In this document: piece by piece, positions 13,701-24,748 of the stretch | How positions within the stretch are numbered: the stretch's first letter is position 1 | How the letters are laid out: the number at the start of each line of letters is the position of its first letter | Assembly (NCBI GenBank): GCA_002269645.1 | Contig: NIVC01004023.1 | Coordinates: 1 to 64,000, forward strand | Source: Macrostomum lignano | Lineage: Eukaryota | DNA: 64,000 bases | Reading direction: 5' to 3' | The notes under the pieces: generated by a model | What the model was told of the DNA's origin: nothing | Seen by the model: only the letters and a program-made list of their open reading frames with translations | The model's database searches: none | Program-made: the position numbers and the translations under genes

Positions 13701-16255
13701 CGATTCTCATTGGGATGGGGGCGATTCTCATTGGGATGGGAGCGATTCTCATTGGATGGGGGCGATTCTCATTGGAATGGGAGCGATTCTCATTGGGGTG
13801 GGGGCGATTCTCATTGGAATGGGAGCGATTCTCATTGGGATGGGAGCGATTCTCATTGGAATGGGAGCGATTCTCATTGGAATGGGAGCGATTCTCATTG
13901 GGATGGGGGCGATTCTCATTGGGATGGGGGCGATTCTCATTGGGGTGGGGGCGATTCTCATTGGGTGGGGGCGATTCTCATTGGAATGGGAGCGATTCTC
14001 ATTGGGATGGGAGCGATTCTCATTGGAATGGGAGCGATTCTCATTGGAATGGGAGCGATTCTCATTGGGATGGGGGCGATTCTCATTGGGATGGGGGCGA
14101 TTCTCATTGGGATGGGAGCGATTCTCATTGGGATAAGGGCGATTCTCATTGGGATGGGGGCGATTCTCATTGGAATGGGAGCGATTCTCATTGGGGTGGG
14201 GGCGATTCTCATTGGAATGGGAGCGATTCTCATTGGGATGGGAGCGATTCTCATTGGAATGGGAGCGATTCTCATTGGAATGGGAGCGATTCTCATTGGA
14301 TGGGGGCGATTCTCATTGGGATGGGGGCGATTCTCATTGGGATGGGAGCGATTCTCATTGGGATAGGGGCGATTCTCATTGGATGGGGGCGATTCTCATT
14401 GGGATGGGAGCGATTCTCATTGGAATGGGAGCGATTCTCATTGGGATGGGAGCGATTCTCATTGGAATGGGGGCGATTCTCATTGGGATGGGAGCGATTC
14501 TTACTGGGATGGGAGCGATTCTCATTGGGATGGGAGCGATTCTCATTGGGATGGGGGCGATTCTCATTGGGATGGGAGCGATTCTCATTGGAATGGGGGC
14601 GATTCTCATTGGGATGGGAGCGATTCTTACTGGGATGGGAGCGATTCTCATTGGAATGGGGGCGATTCTCATTGGGATGGGGCGATTCTCATTGGGATGG
14701 GGGCGATTCTCATTGGGATGGGAGCGATTCTCATTGGAATGGGAGCGATTCTCATTGGAATGGGAGCGATTATTATTGGAATGGGAGCGATTCTCATTGG
14801 GATGGGAGCGATTCTCGTTGGGATGGGGGCGATTCTCATTGAGATGGGAGCGATTCTCATTGGGATGGGAGCGATTCTCATTGGAATGGGGGCGATTCTC
14901 ATTGGGATGGGAGCGATTCTCATTGGGATGGGAGCGATTCTCATTGGAATGGGGCGATTCTCATTGGGATGGGAGCGATTCTCATTGGGATGGGAGCGAT
15001 TCTCATTGGAATGGGGGCGATTCTCATTGGGATGGGAGCGATTCTTACTGGGATGGGAGCGATTCTTACTGGGATGGGGCGATTCTCATTGGGATGGGGG
15101 CGATTCTCATTGGGATGGGAGCGATTCTCATTGGAATGGGGGCGATTCTCATTGGGATGGGAGCGATTCTTACTGGGATGGGAGCGATTCTTACTGGGAT
15201 GGGGCGATTCTCATTGGGATGGGGGCGATTCTAATTGGGATGGGAGCGATTCTCATTGGAATGGGGGCGATTCTCATTGGGGTGGGGGCGATTCTCAGTG
15301 GGATGGGAGCGATTCTCATTGGGATGGGGGCGATTCTCATTGGGATGGGAGCGATTCTTACTGGGATGGGAGCGATTCTTACTGGGATGGGACGATTCTC
15401 ATTGGGATGGGAGCGATTCTCATTGGGATGGGAGCGATTCTTACTGGGATGGGAGCGATTCTTACTGGGATGGGAGCGATTCTTACTGGGATGGGGCGAT
15501 TCTCATTGGGATGGGAGCGATTCTCATTGGGATGGGAGCGATTCTTACTGGGATGAGAGCGATTCTCATTGGAATGGGGGCGATTCTCATTGGAATGGGG
15601 GCGATTCTCATTGGGATGAGAGCGATTCTCATTGGGATGGGAGCGATTCTTACTGGGTTGGGGCGAATTTCATTGGGGTGGGGGCGATTCTCATTGGGAT
15701 GGGAGCGATTCTTACTGGGATGGGGCGATTCTCATTGGGGTGGGGGCGATTCTCATTGGGATGGGAGCGATTCTTACTGGGATGGGGCGATTCTCATTGG
15801 GGTGGGGGCGATTCTCAGTGGGATGGAGCGATTCTGATTGGGGTGGGGGCGATTCTCAGTGAGATTATCAGTCAAGTGGAGACTCTTGCCTAGACTTCAG
15901 TAAGTGGTTATAAATCAATAATCATCCAAAATAAACAAACCTGGGTCTGAGAGACATCCGAAAACAGTCCACCACTGTTGCCGCCGGCGGCCTCGGGCGC
16001 CGCAGCAGGTCTCGTGGTCGTGGCTGCGTCGGCACTGCACAGGCTGTCGAACACGGAGCTGGTGCAATTAGTAGTTGCCGCCTGGTCAGGCCGGGCAGTC
16101 AGCTCGCCGACCTGTTCGCCGGTTTTGGAAGCGGCTGCCGCCAGAGCCCGCGAGCACATGGCGCAGAACTGGGCCCGTCTGCCAGGCAGCCCGGCCTGCG
16201 GCGTTGGCAGCGGCTGTGGCTGCTGCTGGCGCATTGGCGATTGGCTACAGTAGCT
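10799..16255 (-). CDS. single-pass membrane protein with Cys-containing ectodomain and PPxY-motif tail (5' exon(s) not identified)
   Basis: Exon ~16255-15941 (...FCAMCSRA...NCTSSVFDSLC...SDVSQTQ; donor CAG|GTTTGT, phase 0) joins exon 11200-10799 (acceptor CCCGTCCAG, phase 0: VFIVVLGAGLIILVLLAL TM, then RRQRIACMRRCC, YDF, LPPSY, stop). Upstream boundary approximate. Confidence 0.7.
11266..15862. repeat. 21-bp minisatellite (GGGATGGG[G/A]GCGATTCTCATT)n, ~4.6 kb, filling an intron
   Basis: Direct; ~215 copies with variant classes (TGGAAT, CTTACT, GGGGTG). Confidence 0.97.
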
Positions 16256-16369
16256 GGATTACTGGCCACCGGAGTCCGCTTGAAGGAGTTCAAATCAGCG
16301 ATAATTGCATTGCTGTGTTCAGGGTGTGTTGATTCCAAGTAAAATAATCCCCAGATATCCCAATTCAGA

Positions 16370-16690
16370 TTCCCCAGATATCCCAAATAAGATTCCTCAG
16401 ATATCCCAATCCAAATTCCCCAGTTATTGAAATCCCAATCTCAATTCACATTCCCCAGTTATTGAAATTGCAATCTCAATTCAGATTCCCCAGTTATTGA
16501 AATCCCAATCTCAATTCACATTCCCCAGTTATTGAAATTGCAATCTCAATTCAGATTCCCCAGTTATTGAAATCCCAATCTCAATTCACATTCCCCAGTT
16601 ATTGAAATCCCAATCTCAATTTAGATTCCCTAGTTATTGAAATCCCAATCTCAATTCAGATTCCCCAGTTATTGAAATCCCAATCTCCAT
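16370..16690. repeat. 35-bp minisatellite (CCCCAGTTATTGAAATCCCAATCTCAATTCACATT)n
   Basis: Direct; ~8 copies. Confidence 0.92.
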
Positions 16691-17019
16691 GCATGCTGGC
16701 AACAATTGCAATAATCTACTAAGGAAATGAGCTGAAAAATCCAGGCACTTCTATTCTTCCTAGGCGTGGCGCAAATCCCATCTGCCAAGGTGCTGCGCCG
16801 CGCCGAATAAGCTTTTCAAAGCTGATATTGTCCCTTCTCTAGTCTACTGTTTACTGGTCTATATTGTCCTAAAAGCGGCATATTACTATTTTCAATACGA
16901 TTGTATCAATTAGACAAAATACTATGTGGGGACTCGGATGGCCTTCAAACAGAATGAAACAAAATTTGTTATGAATTTGACAGATTTTTACATGACAGGA
17001 AACGAGGCAAATAAACATG

Positions 17020-17760
17020 GATAGACACAGACGGCAGACACAGACAGACAGACAGACACTAAGACAGTCGGACAGGCAGACACTAAGACAGTCGGACAGG
17101 CAGACACAAAGTCAGACGGACAGACAGACACAAAGTCAGACGGACAGACAGACACTAAGACAGTCGGACAGACAGACACTAAGACAGACGGACAGACAGA
17201 CACTAAGACAGTCGGACAGGCAGACACAAAGTCAGACGGACAGACAGACACAAAGTCAGACGGACAGACAGACACTAAGACAGTCGGACAGACAGACACT
17301 AAGACAGTCGGACAGACAGACACTAAGTCAGACGGACAGACAGACACTAAGACAGTCGGACAGGCAGACACAAAGTCAGACGGACAGACAGACACTAAGA
17401 CAGTCGGACAGACAGACACTAAGTCAGACACAGACAGACAGACACTAAGTCAGACGGACAGACAGACACTAAGACAGTCGGACAGACAGACACTAAGTCA
17501 GATATTAAGACAGACAGACAGACAGACAGACAAACAAACAAACAAACAAAAAGACAGACAGACAGACAGAGAGACAGACAGACAAAAACGAAAAGACAGA
17601 CAGACAGACAGAGAGACAGACAGACAAAAACGAAAAGACAGACACTAAGATAGACAGCAGACAGAGAGACAGACAGGCAAGCAGACACTAAGACAGACAG
17701 ACAGACAGACAAAAGCAGAGACAAACAAACAAAAAGACAGACAGACAAACAAACAGACAC
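17020..17760. repeat. GACA-derived compound repeat (~24-bp CAGACAGACACTAAGACAGTCGGA)
   Basis: Direct. Confidence 0.92.
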
Positions 17761-18904
17761 ACAGACCAGGTCAGGATCAGCAATAGGATATAAATCACAC
17801 AGCAGCTTAGCCCCTAAGCGACACAGGACATTTTTCTGTCTCACCTAAAAATACCGTCCGCAGCAAAGCAAGCGAAGCCAGACAACGCGAGTAAAATTAG
17901 CTAGAAACAGAAAGAGAAGACGAAAGCCAGAAAGTCACAAGCAGATGAGCAGAAGCCGCGCCGAGAGCTTTAAAATGGCCCAAGAGATGGGGTGGGGCTG
18001 CAGGGAGACTAAAGCCGCTCGTTTTACAAAAAGAGAGGAGGCGGATGAAGCGAGGCCGTGTCGAACAGTATATATAGTGAAGCTGCGGGGCCCGTCTCTA
18101 CAGATAGAGTTAATAGGAAGAGAGACACGGCGGCTCCGTGTGCAACAGTGAGACACACTGCGACAGGCGCCCAAGCCAATGATAAATGAAAGGTGGGGAT
18201 TGAGAGCGGGAAAGAGAGATTCTACTTTCGCCTTTGAATTCAGAGATAAGGAGTCACGTGCTCAGCTATAGGGCACGGGGAGTAAATGAGAACAAGATGG
18301 ACTGCCTCTCTAGCCGATCCTAATTATCGCAATTAAACTTTTTTTTCTAAGGGAAATTGCTTCATTACTGACCATAAATGGAAGGTGACCAGCTTACAGC
18401 CATCTATTTACCAGTAATAAGAGCAATATCGTATTGTATAGAAGCGTGTGAACTCTGACAATGGAGACAATAGGGAATTCTTTAATGGCCAGCCCAAGCA
18501 ACGAACAAAGAAGCATCAGAGTAACAAAGAAGCATTTATTCCGACAGACAATTCACATTCAGTCCGAGACTTGAAAGAATTTTTAAAACCCGAAACCCCA
18601 TTTCCGTCCCAAGTTCGGCTTAAAAGCTGTTAAAAAACTTTGACGAAGTACTCATTCCTATGTTTTTAGCGTAAAAGTTAAGATCAATCGATAGCCTTTT
18701 GAGGTGCGAATTTGGGAAGCTACCGCTTGCTTTTACCGCGCCTACGTTTCAATTAAGCCCTGTTAATTGCATGCACAGGGAAATACGGCTAAGGACGTTA
18801 AAAGGGCAGACAGACACTTTCAAAGGCTGGACAGGGAGCCAAGAATGACCCCTACAGTGACAGAGACAGGCAGACATGTTGGAAAACATTTAGACAAGCA
18901 GAAG

Positions 18905-19070
18905 ATAGACGGACGGACAGACAGACAGAGAGACAGACAGACAGACAGACACTAAGACAGACAGACAGACAAACAAACTGACAGACACACAGATACAGAC
19001 AGACAGATACAGACAGACAGACAGATACAGACAGACAGATACAGACAGACACAGGCAGACAGATACACGG
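18905..19070. repeat. degenerate (GACA)n microsatellite
   Basis: Direct. Confidence 0.88.
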
Positions 19071-19671
19071 ACAATTTTCACAGGTGAAATCATAGGTCAA
19101 GCAGGGTATCATGTGATCCTGACGAGAGAATGGCCCATCCGCAACATACTAATTGGGAAGAAGAGGCCGGTAGAGAATGTCAAGCCGCTGACGTCATGCA
19201 TCACAGCCCGATGCGGCCTAGGAAAGGCAGCGATTGTATCCGTCTGCAGATTACAGGGCAGGGACGCGGCGCGGTTAAACAAGCAGAGCTAGTGGAAAAC
19301 CGCACAAATTAATGCAACAAGGGACAGCCGACCTGACAGGTGGCAAAGAATTGCGTATAAGATCTGCATCCGCACGCCTATCGAGTTAAAGGAAAATTCT
19401 AGTGCACAACAACATCTCCTGAGACGCTCAATGAATGAAAGTGCAACGTGAGTAGCCAAATATGAGCAGTGTTAACGTAAACAAAAATCCCTTTTGGCTA
19501 TCGATAAGGGAGTTTCGTATTTAGTTTATTTTTGAGAATTTATGACCTAAGCAAATTGTTTTCTTTCCTAATTTGAATGCAAAAACCTTATCCTTTTAAG
19601 TCTGCGATGTCACCTCAAAAATTATTTCTACAATAACAACAACTTTTCCGTTTTGCTGTTCTTAACAAGAC

Positions 19672-20467
19672 AGTGCCATTGCGATTCTTAACAAGAATAG
19701 TGACATTGCGATTCTTAACAAGAGAGTTACATTGCGATTCTTAAAAAGGGAGTGACATTGCGATTCTTAAAAAAGGAGTGACATTGCGATTCTTAACAAG
19801 AATAGTGACATTGCGATTCTCAACAAGAATAGTGACATTGCGATTCTCAACAAGAATAGTGACATTGCGATTCTCAACAAGAATAGTGACATTGCGATTC
19901 TTAACAAGAGAGTTACATTGCGATTCTTAAAAAGGGAGTGACATTGCGATTCTTAAAAAAGGAGTGACATTGCGATTCTTAACAAGAATAGTGACATTGC
20001 GATTCTCAACAAGAATAGTGACATTGCGATTCTCAACAAGAATAGTGACATTGCGATTCTCAACAAGAATAGTGACATTGCGATTCTTAACAAGAGAGTT
20101 ACATTGCGATTCTTAAAAAGGGAGTGACATTGCGATTCTTAAAAAAGGAGTGACATTGCGATTCTTAACAAGAATAGTGACATTGCGATTCTCAACAAGA
20201 ATAGTGACATTGCGATTCTCAACAAGAATAGTGACATTGCGATTCTCAACAAGAATAGTGACATTGCGATTCTCAACAAGAATAGTGACATTGCGATTCT
20301 CAACAAGAATAGTGACATTGCGATTCTCAACAAGAATAGTGACATTGCGATTCTCAACAAGAATAGTGACATTGCGATTCTCAACAAGAATAGTGACATT
20401 GCGATTCTCAACAAGAATAGTGACATTGCGATTCTCAACAAGAATAGTGACATTGCGACTCTCAACA
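19672..20467. repeat. 27-bp minisatellite (GTGACATTGCGATTCTCAACAAGAATA)n
   Basis: Direct; a variant block (GAGAGTTAC...AAAAGGGAGTG) recurs at ~19720, ~19910 and ~20095. Confidence 0.95.
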
Positions 20468-21824
20468 GTATTGGCACGCTTGTATGTGCTCAGGTGTCAG
20501 CGCAATGAGCAGAATTGCCGTCAGCGCTGGTTGCAAGACAATGTCGTTGAAGGCGTTGGGCCAGGGTGCCAGAAAATACTACTATAGAAGTTCAGCTGCA
20601 GACTATGCTCACAAGCCCTTCCTATTAAGTTCATACAGAAATAAATGACAACAAGAAATACTTTTTGGCGAACTAAAATATAAGAGTCACGCTTTGACTT
20701 ATTAATTATTCAATCAGAATTAGATGGTCAATCAATAGTGTACCAACTAACACATACCAGACCTCCAAAAACAGGAAGGATGGAATGGCAAGCAGGGATT
20801 GCAATTATTAAAATACGGTACAGCACTATAAAATTCCCATGATTGCACTCGACAATACAGCCAACAGAAAGCTTAAGCCAAATAAACACTTAAAATTGAC
20901 ACAGAGAAAAAATACTGTGCATTTTATTTTTCTAAAACAAAAGCTAGCTAATTAAAACTACTGCAAGTAGTGAGAACTCTCTCAAAATAATATTTAAAAA
21001 ATCGATGCAAAAATTGCGAAAATTTTAGGAAAAAACGGAATTCGATTTTTAAACAAAATTAGGCAAACAGTAATAGAGAAATGGAGACAATAAAGCGGAA
21101 TTGCCAACATCCGGAATGGAGTGGATCTGCCCTGTCTGTACGCTCACCGCAAACTGCATGCAAATAATGATAGATTAATTTTAATTGACACACACAAGCC
21201 TAGACGTAACTCAGTTACTACTGCAAAAGGGTTATAAACAGCTTTTACTGAAAAATACAATACTTTATTTGTTAAAATGAAAAAGGTAGAATACCGATTT
21301 AAGAGGTCACAATTAATGTGACATTAACTTCTAAAAAAACTACACACTGCTATTCATAGTAGTACGTTAATAGTGTAGAAAATTCCACGGCAAAAGTGCA
21401 AGTTTACAACGTCAGCATCATGTTGCCAATAGCAACAAAGCAATACTTATTGTTTAACCATCACAACCACAGCAACTGCCAAGCACTTTAAACAAACATG
21501 GTTGGTGGTTGCTACGAGTATGCTTCATTGAAACATTTGAGGAGATGAATTGTTCGGACAAATCGAAAGTAATTTCGGTTTCTTTATTTTTCTTTTGTAA
21601 AGCAGCTTGCCAGTACATGAAAGTTCATGAAATGAAACTGCTCTCAGCCAATGGCTGGGTGATTGGCTCAAGGTTGCGCATATATGGGCTTAGCCTAATG
21701 AGAAATTAATAACATGCGTCAGGGTTATGCTATATTTACTGACAAATATATAATTACTAAATCAAGTATTGTGTAACCATGGCAACGGATAAAGACTCAG
21801 CCTACAATTGTCATCGGCATTAGC

Positions 21825-23213
21825 CTAATTATAGCCCTCCTCCTTCTTGCCGTGCTTGATCGTGCGCGCAAACTCGGCATAGTCGAATCGGCCGTCGCGA
21901 ACCGGGGCGCCGTGCAGCAGCTCGTCGACCTGCTCGTCAGTCCACCTGTCGCCCATAGTGGTGAGCATCTCGCGCAGCTGCTCCTCGGAGATGACGCCAG
22001 TTCCTTCCGGATCGAAGCAAGCAAACGCATTTCGAATTGTCTCCTCCGGGTCGCTGCCGGACATTTTCTCGCCGAACAGAGTGAGGAACATGGTGAAATT
22101 GATGGGGCCAGGGGCCTCCGCCAGCATTCTTTCCACGTACGGCTGCAGGCCGGCTTCGTCGCGGCCGAGAGAGACCAGCATCTCGGACAGATCCTCGCTG
22201 TCGATCACGCCGTCCTTGTTCGTGTCGATCATGTTGAATGCCTCCTGGGCGATTACGGGTAGGGAGCAAATATTTTATTGGAGATAGACCTTCGATATCT
22301 AGATCCCACACCTTTTGACCAATGTATCTATATCATTAATCCTCTAATGGGATTTCTATCTCTAATCCTCTATAATGGAATCTCTATTCCAAATCCTCAG
22401 AAATGGGATCTCTACCTCTAATCCTCAATATTGAGATTTCTACCCCTTATCCTCAACAATGGGATTTCTATCACTAATCTTCAATAATGAGATTTCTATC
22501 CCTAATCCTCTATAATAGAATCTCTATTCCTAATCCTCAATAATGAGATTTCTATTCCTAATCCTCAACAATGGGATTCCGATCCCTAATCCTCAACAAT
22601 GGGATTTCTATCCTTAATCCTCTATAATGGGATTTTTATCTCTAATCCTCAACAGTGGAATCTCTATTCCTAATCCTCTATAATAGGATTTCTATCCCTA
22701 ATCCTCTATAATTGGATTTCTATCCCTAATATACAATAATGGGGAATATCTATTCTGAATCTGCGATAGTAGATATTTATTGACCAGCAGCTGCCATACA
22801 AAATTCAACTCTAAACAACGAAAACAACAAATAATGACAACAAAAATATTTGTACAAAGACAGCATTAAAATCCGGGTCGCTTAGATAGTGAAAGGGTGG
22901 GACACGATGCTAAGACAGCGATAGAACCCTTTACGACTTCCGTCCACTGGCCTGCTTATATTAGAAAGCTAAGCAATTTCAGCCGAACAATGCGGACGAT
23001 AATTGTAAAGGATTCCAGTGCCAACTGTCACAGTGAGTGCGTGGTGGCAGGTGATGGGGCACAGAGAGGCACAGATGCAGTGCAAGATTGCTTGTTAAAC
23101 AATTCTACCTTGAACTCCTGCACTGACTGTTCGGTGAACATGCTGAACACATTGCTAGTGTATCTCTGCGTCCTCTGCTTTGGACCACGCCGCCTTGTAG
23201 CTGCTTTCGACAT
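21825..23213 (-). CDS. MRLC: myosin regulatory light chain (MYL9/MYL12/sqh-like), 2 exons, 174 aa
   Basis: Exon 23213-23109 ([35 protein letters not shown], donor AAG|GTAGAA) plus exon 22244-21825 ([19 protein letters not shown]...[18 protein letters not shown]...[13 protein letters not shown]); 525 nt in frame; classic RLC motifs and EF-hand. Confidence 0.96.
22340..22740. repeat. degenerate ~30-bp minisatellite in the MRLC intron (AATGGGATTTCTATCCCTAATCCTC...)
   Basis: Direct. Confidence 0.85.
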
Positions 23214-23371
23214 TTTGTTGCTCTTGCATGCGAGAAAAGACTTCATAATAATAGTTCTTTTTAACTAATGATGCCTAGGGCAACTAACATTCATAAGTAG
23301 GGTTTCGAAGTTATCTTATATCCGTATCTGTATCTATATCTCCCTATTTTTTCTAAATGTAGACTCTTGAG

Positions 23372-24000
23372 AGGATTGCTGAAGTGCTATGATTTATAGA
23401 GAGAATTGTTGGGATTTCAAGGCTCACAGAAGGGAATTGCTGAAATGCTATGATTTATAGAGAGAATTGTTGGGATTTCAAGGCTCACAGAAGGGAATTG
23501 CTGAAATGCTATGATGTATAGAGAGAATTGCTGGGATTTCAAGGCTCACAGAAGGGAATTGCTGAAATGCTATGATTTATAGAGAGAATTGTTGGGATTT
23601 CAAGGCTCACAGAAGGGAATTGCTGAAATGCTATGATTTATAGAGAGAATTGTTGGGATTTCAAGGCTCACAGAAGGGAATTGCTGAAATGCTATGATTT
23701 ATAGAGAGAATTGTTGGGATTTCAAGGCTCACAGAAGGGAATTGCTGAAATGCTATGATGTATAGAGAGAATTGCTGGGATTTCAAGGCTCACAGAAGGG
23801 AATTGCTGAAATGCTATGATTTATAGAGAGAATTGTTGGGATTTCAAGGCTCACAGAAGGGAATTGCTGAAATGCTATGATGTATAGAGAGAATTGCTGG
23901 GATTTCAAGGCTCACAGAAGGGAATTGCTGAAATGCTATGATGTATAGAGAGAATTGTTGGGATTTCAAGGCTCACAGAAGGGAATTGCTGAAATGCTAT
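23372..24000. repeat. 61-bp tandem repeat, ~10 near-identical copies
   Basis: Unit GAGAGAATTGTTGGGATTTCAAGGCTCACAGAAGGGAATTGCTGAAATGCTATGATTTATA. Confidence 0.96.
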
Positions 24001-24560
24001 GGCTCATGGGGATTGCTCAGATGTCTAGAGTTAATAAGGAATTGTGGGTAGATCAAGCATCAAAAAGAGTTAAGGGTTAAGGTCAAGCAATGGCTTGAAG
24101 GCTTTGATGTTAAACTCAAAGGTGATGCTACCATCATAGGCTTAATAGTCAGCTTTTAGGTTGGATTTTTCTTGCTTTAAACATTATTTTCCTATAAAAA
24201 TCTAACAAATTAACTATGTGCAATCAAAAGCTACATATAGAAGATTGTTAATAACTTAAACTATACTCTCTAAGTTTAACTTTTCAAGTAGATTTTTTAG
24301 CTATATGATTTTTGGCAAAATAATATATTAGCAAATATTTCTTAGGCAAAGTATTATAATGTTTTAGCAAATTAATGATTTAATAAATTTTAGGGCTGTT
24401 TCATTTGAAGATGCAATGCTATCCATTTAAATTTGGCTCTATGTGTGAATTGACCTATTGGAATAAACCTTTGAAAATATATGGACATGCATCAAGGGTC
24501 CAGCAAAAATGTACCACGGGGTCACTTTAAGAGTCACTTTGTTATTATTACTTATATTTC

Positions 24561-24748
24561 CAGTGGCGCAACCAGGGGAGGGGGGGGGGGGGGGTGGTCG
24601 CCCCCCTTAGGCAGGGGACCAAAAAAAATCAAAGGGGGACCAAGCGAATTTTTGCCAAAAACAGAGCCACCCCTTCGCCGCCCCCCTCCTGGGACTTTAC
24701 CCTCCGAATCCGCCCCCCCCCCTTGAAAAATTTCTGGTTGCGCTACTA
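24561..24748. mobile_element. hAT-type MITE (188 bp)
   Basis: TIR CAGTGGCGCAACCAG / CTGGTTGCGCTACTA (13/15 match); identical 8-bp TSD TATATTTC at 24553-24560 and 24749-24756. Confidence 0.88.

Noticed and set aside
17935-18174. Candidate signal-peptide exon for the PY-motif membrane protein (AILKLSARLLLICF joined in phase 2 to YCSQS)
   Set aside because: Phase-compatible, but the donor (GTGACT) is weak and there is no in-frame ATG; cannot be supported without transcripts.
20470-20590. Hydrophobic minus-strand frame PALTAILLIALTPEHIQACQYC as an upstream exon
   Set aside because: No convincing splice sites or start codon.
19672-24000. CRISPR-like arrays (27-bp and 61-bp regular repeats, also the 20-bp array at 51-53 kb)
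   Set aside because: Units are contiguous with no unique spacers, no cas genes are present, and the context is eukaryotic.
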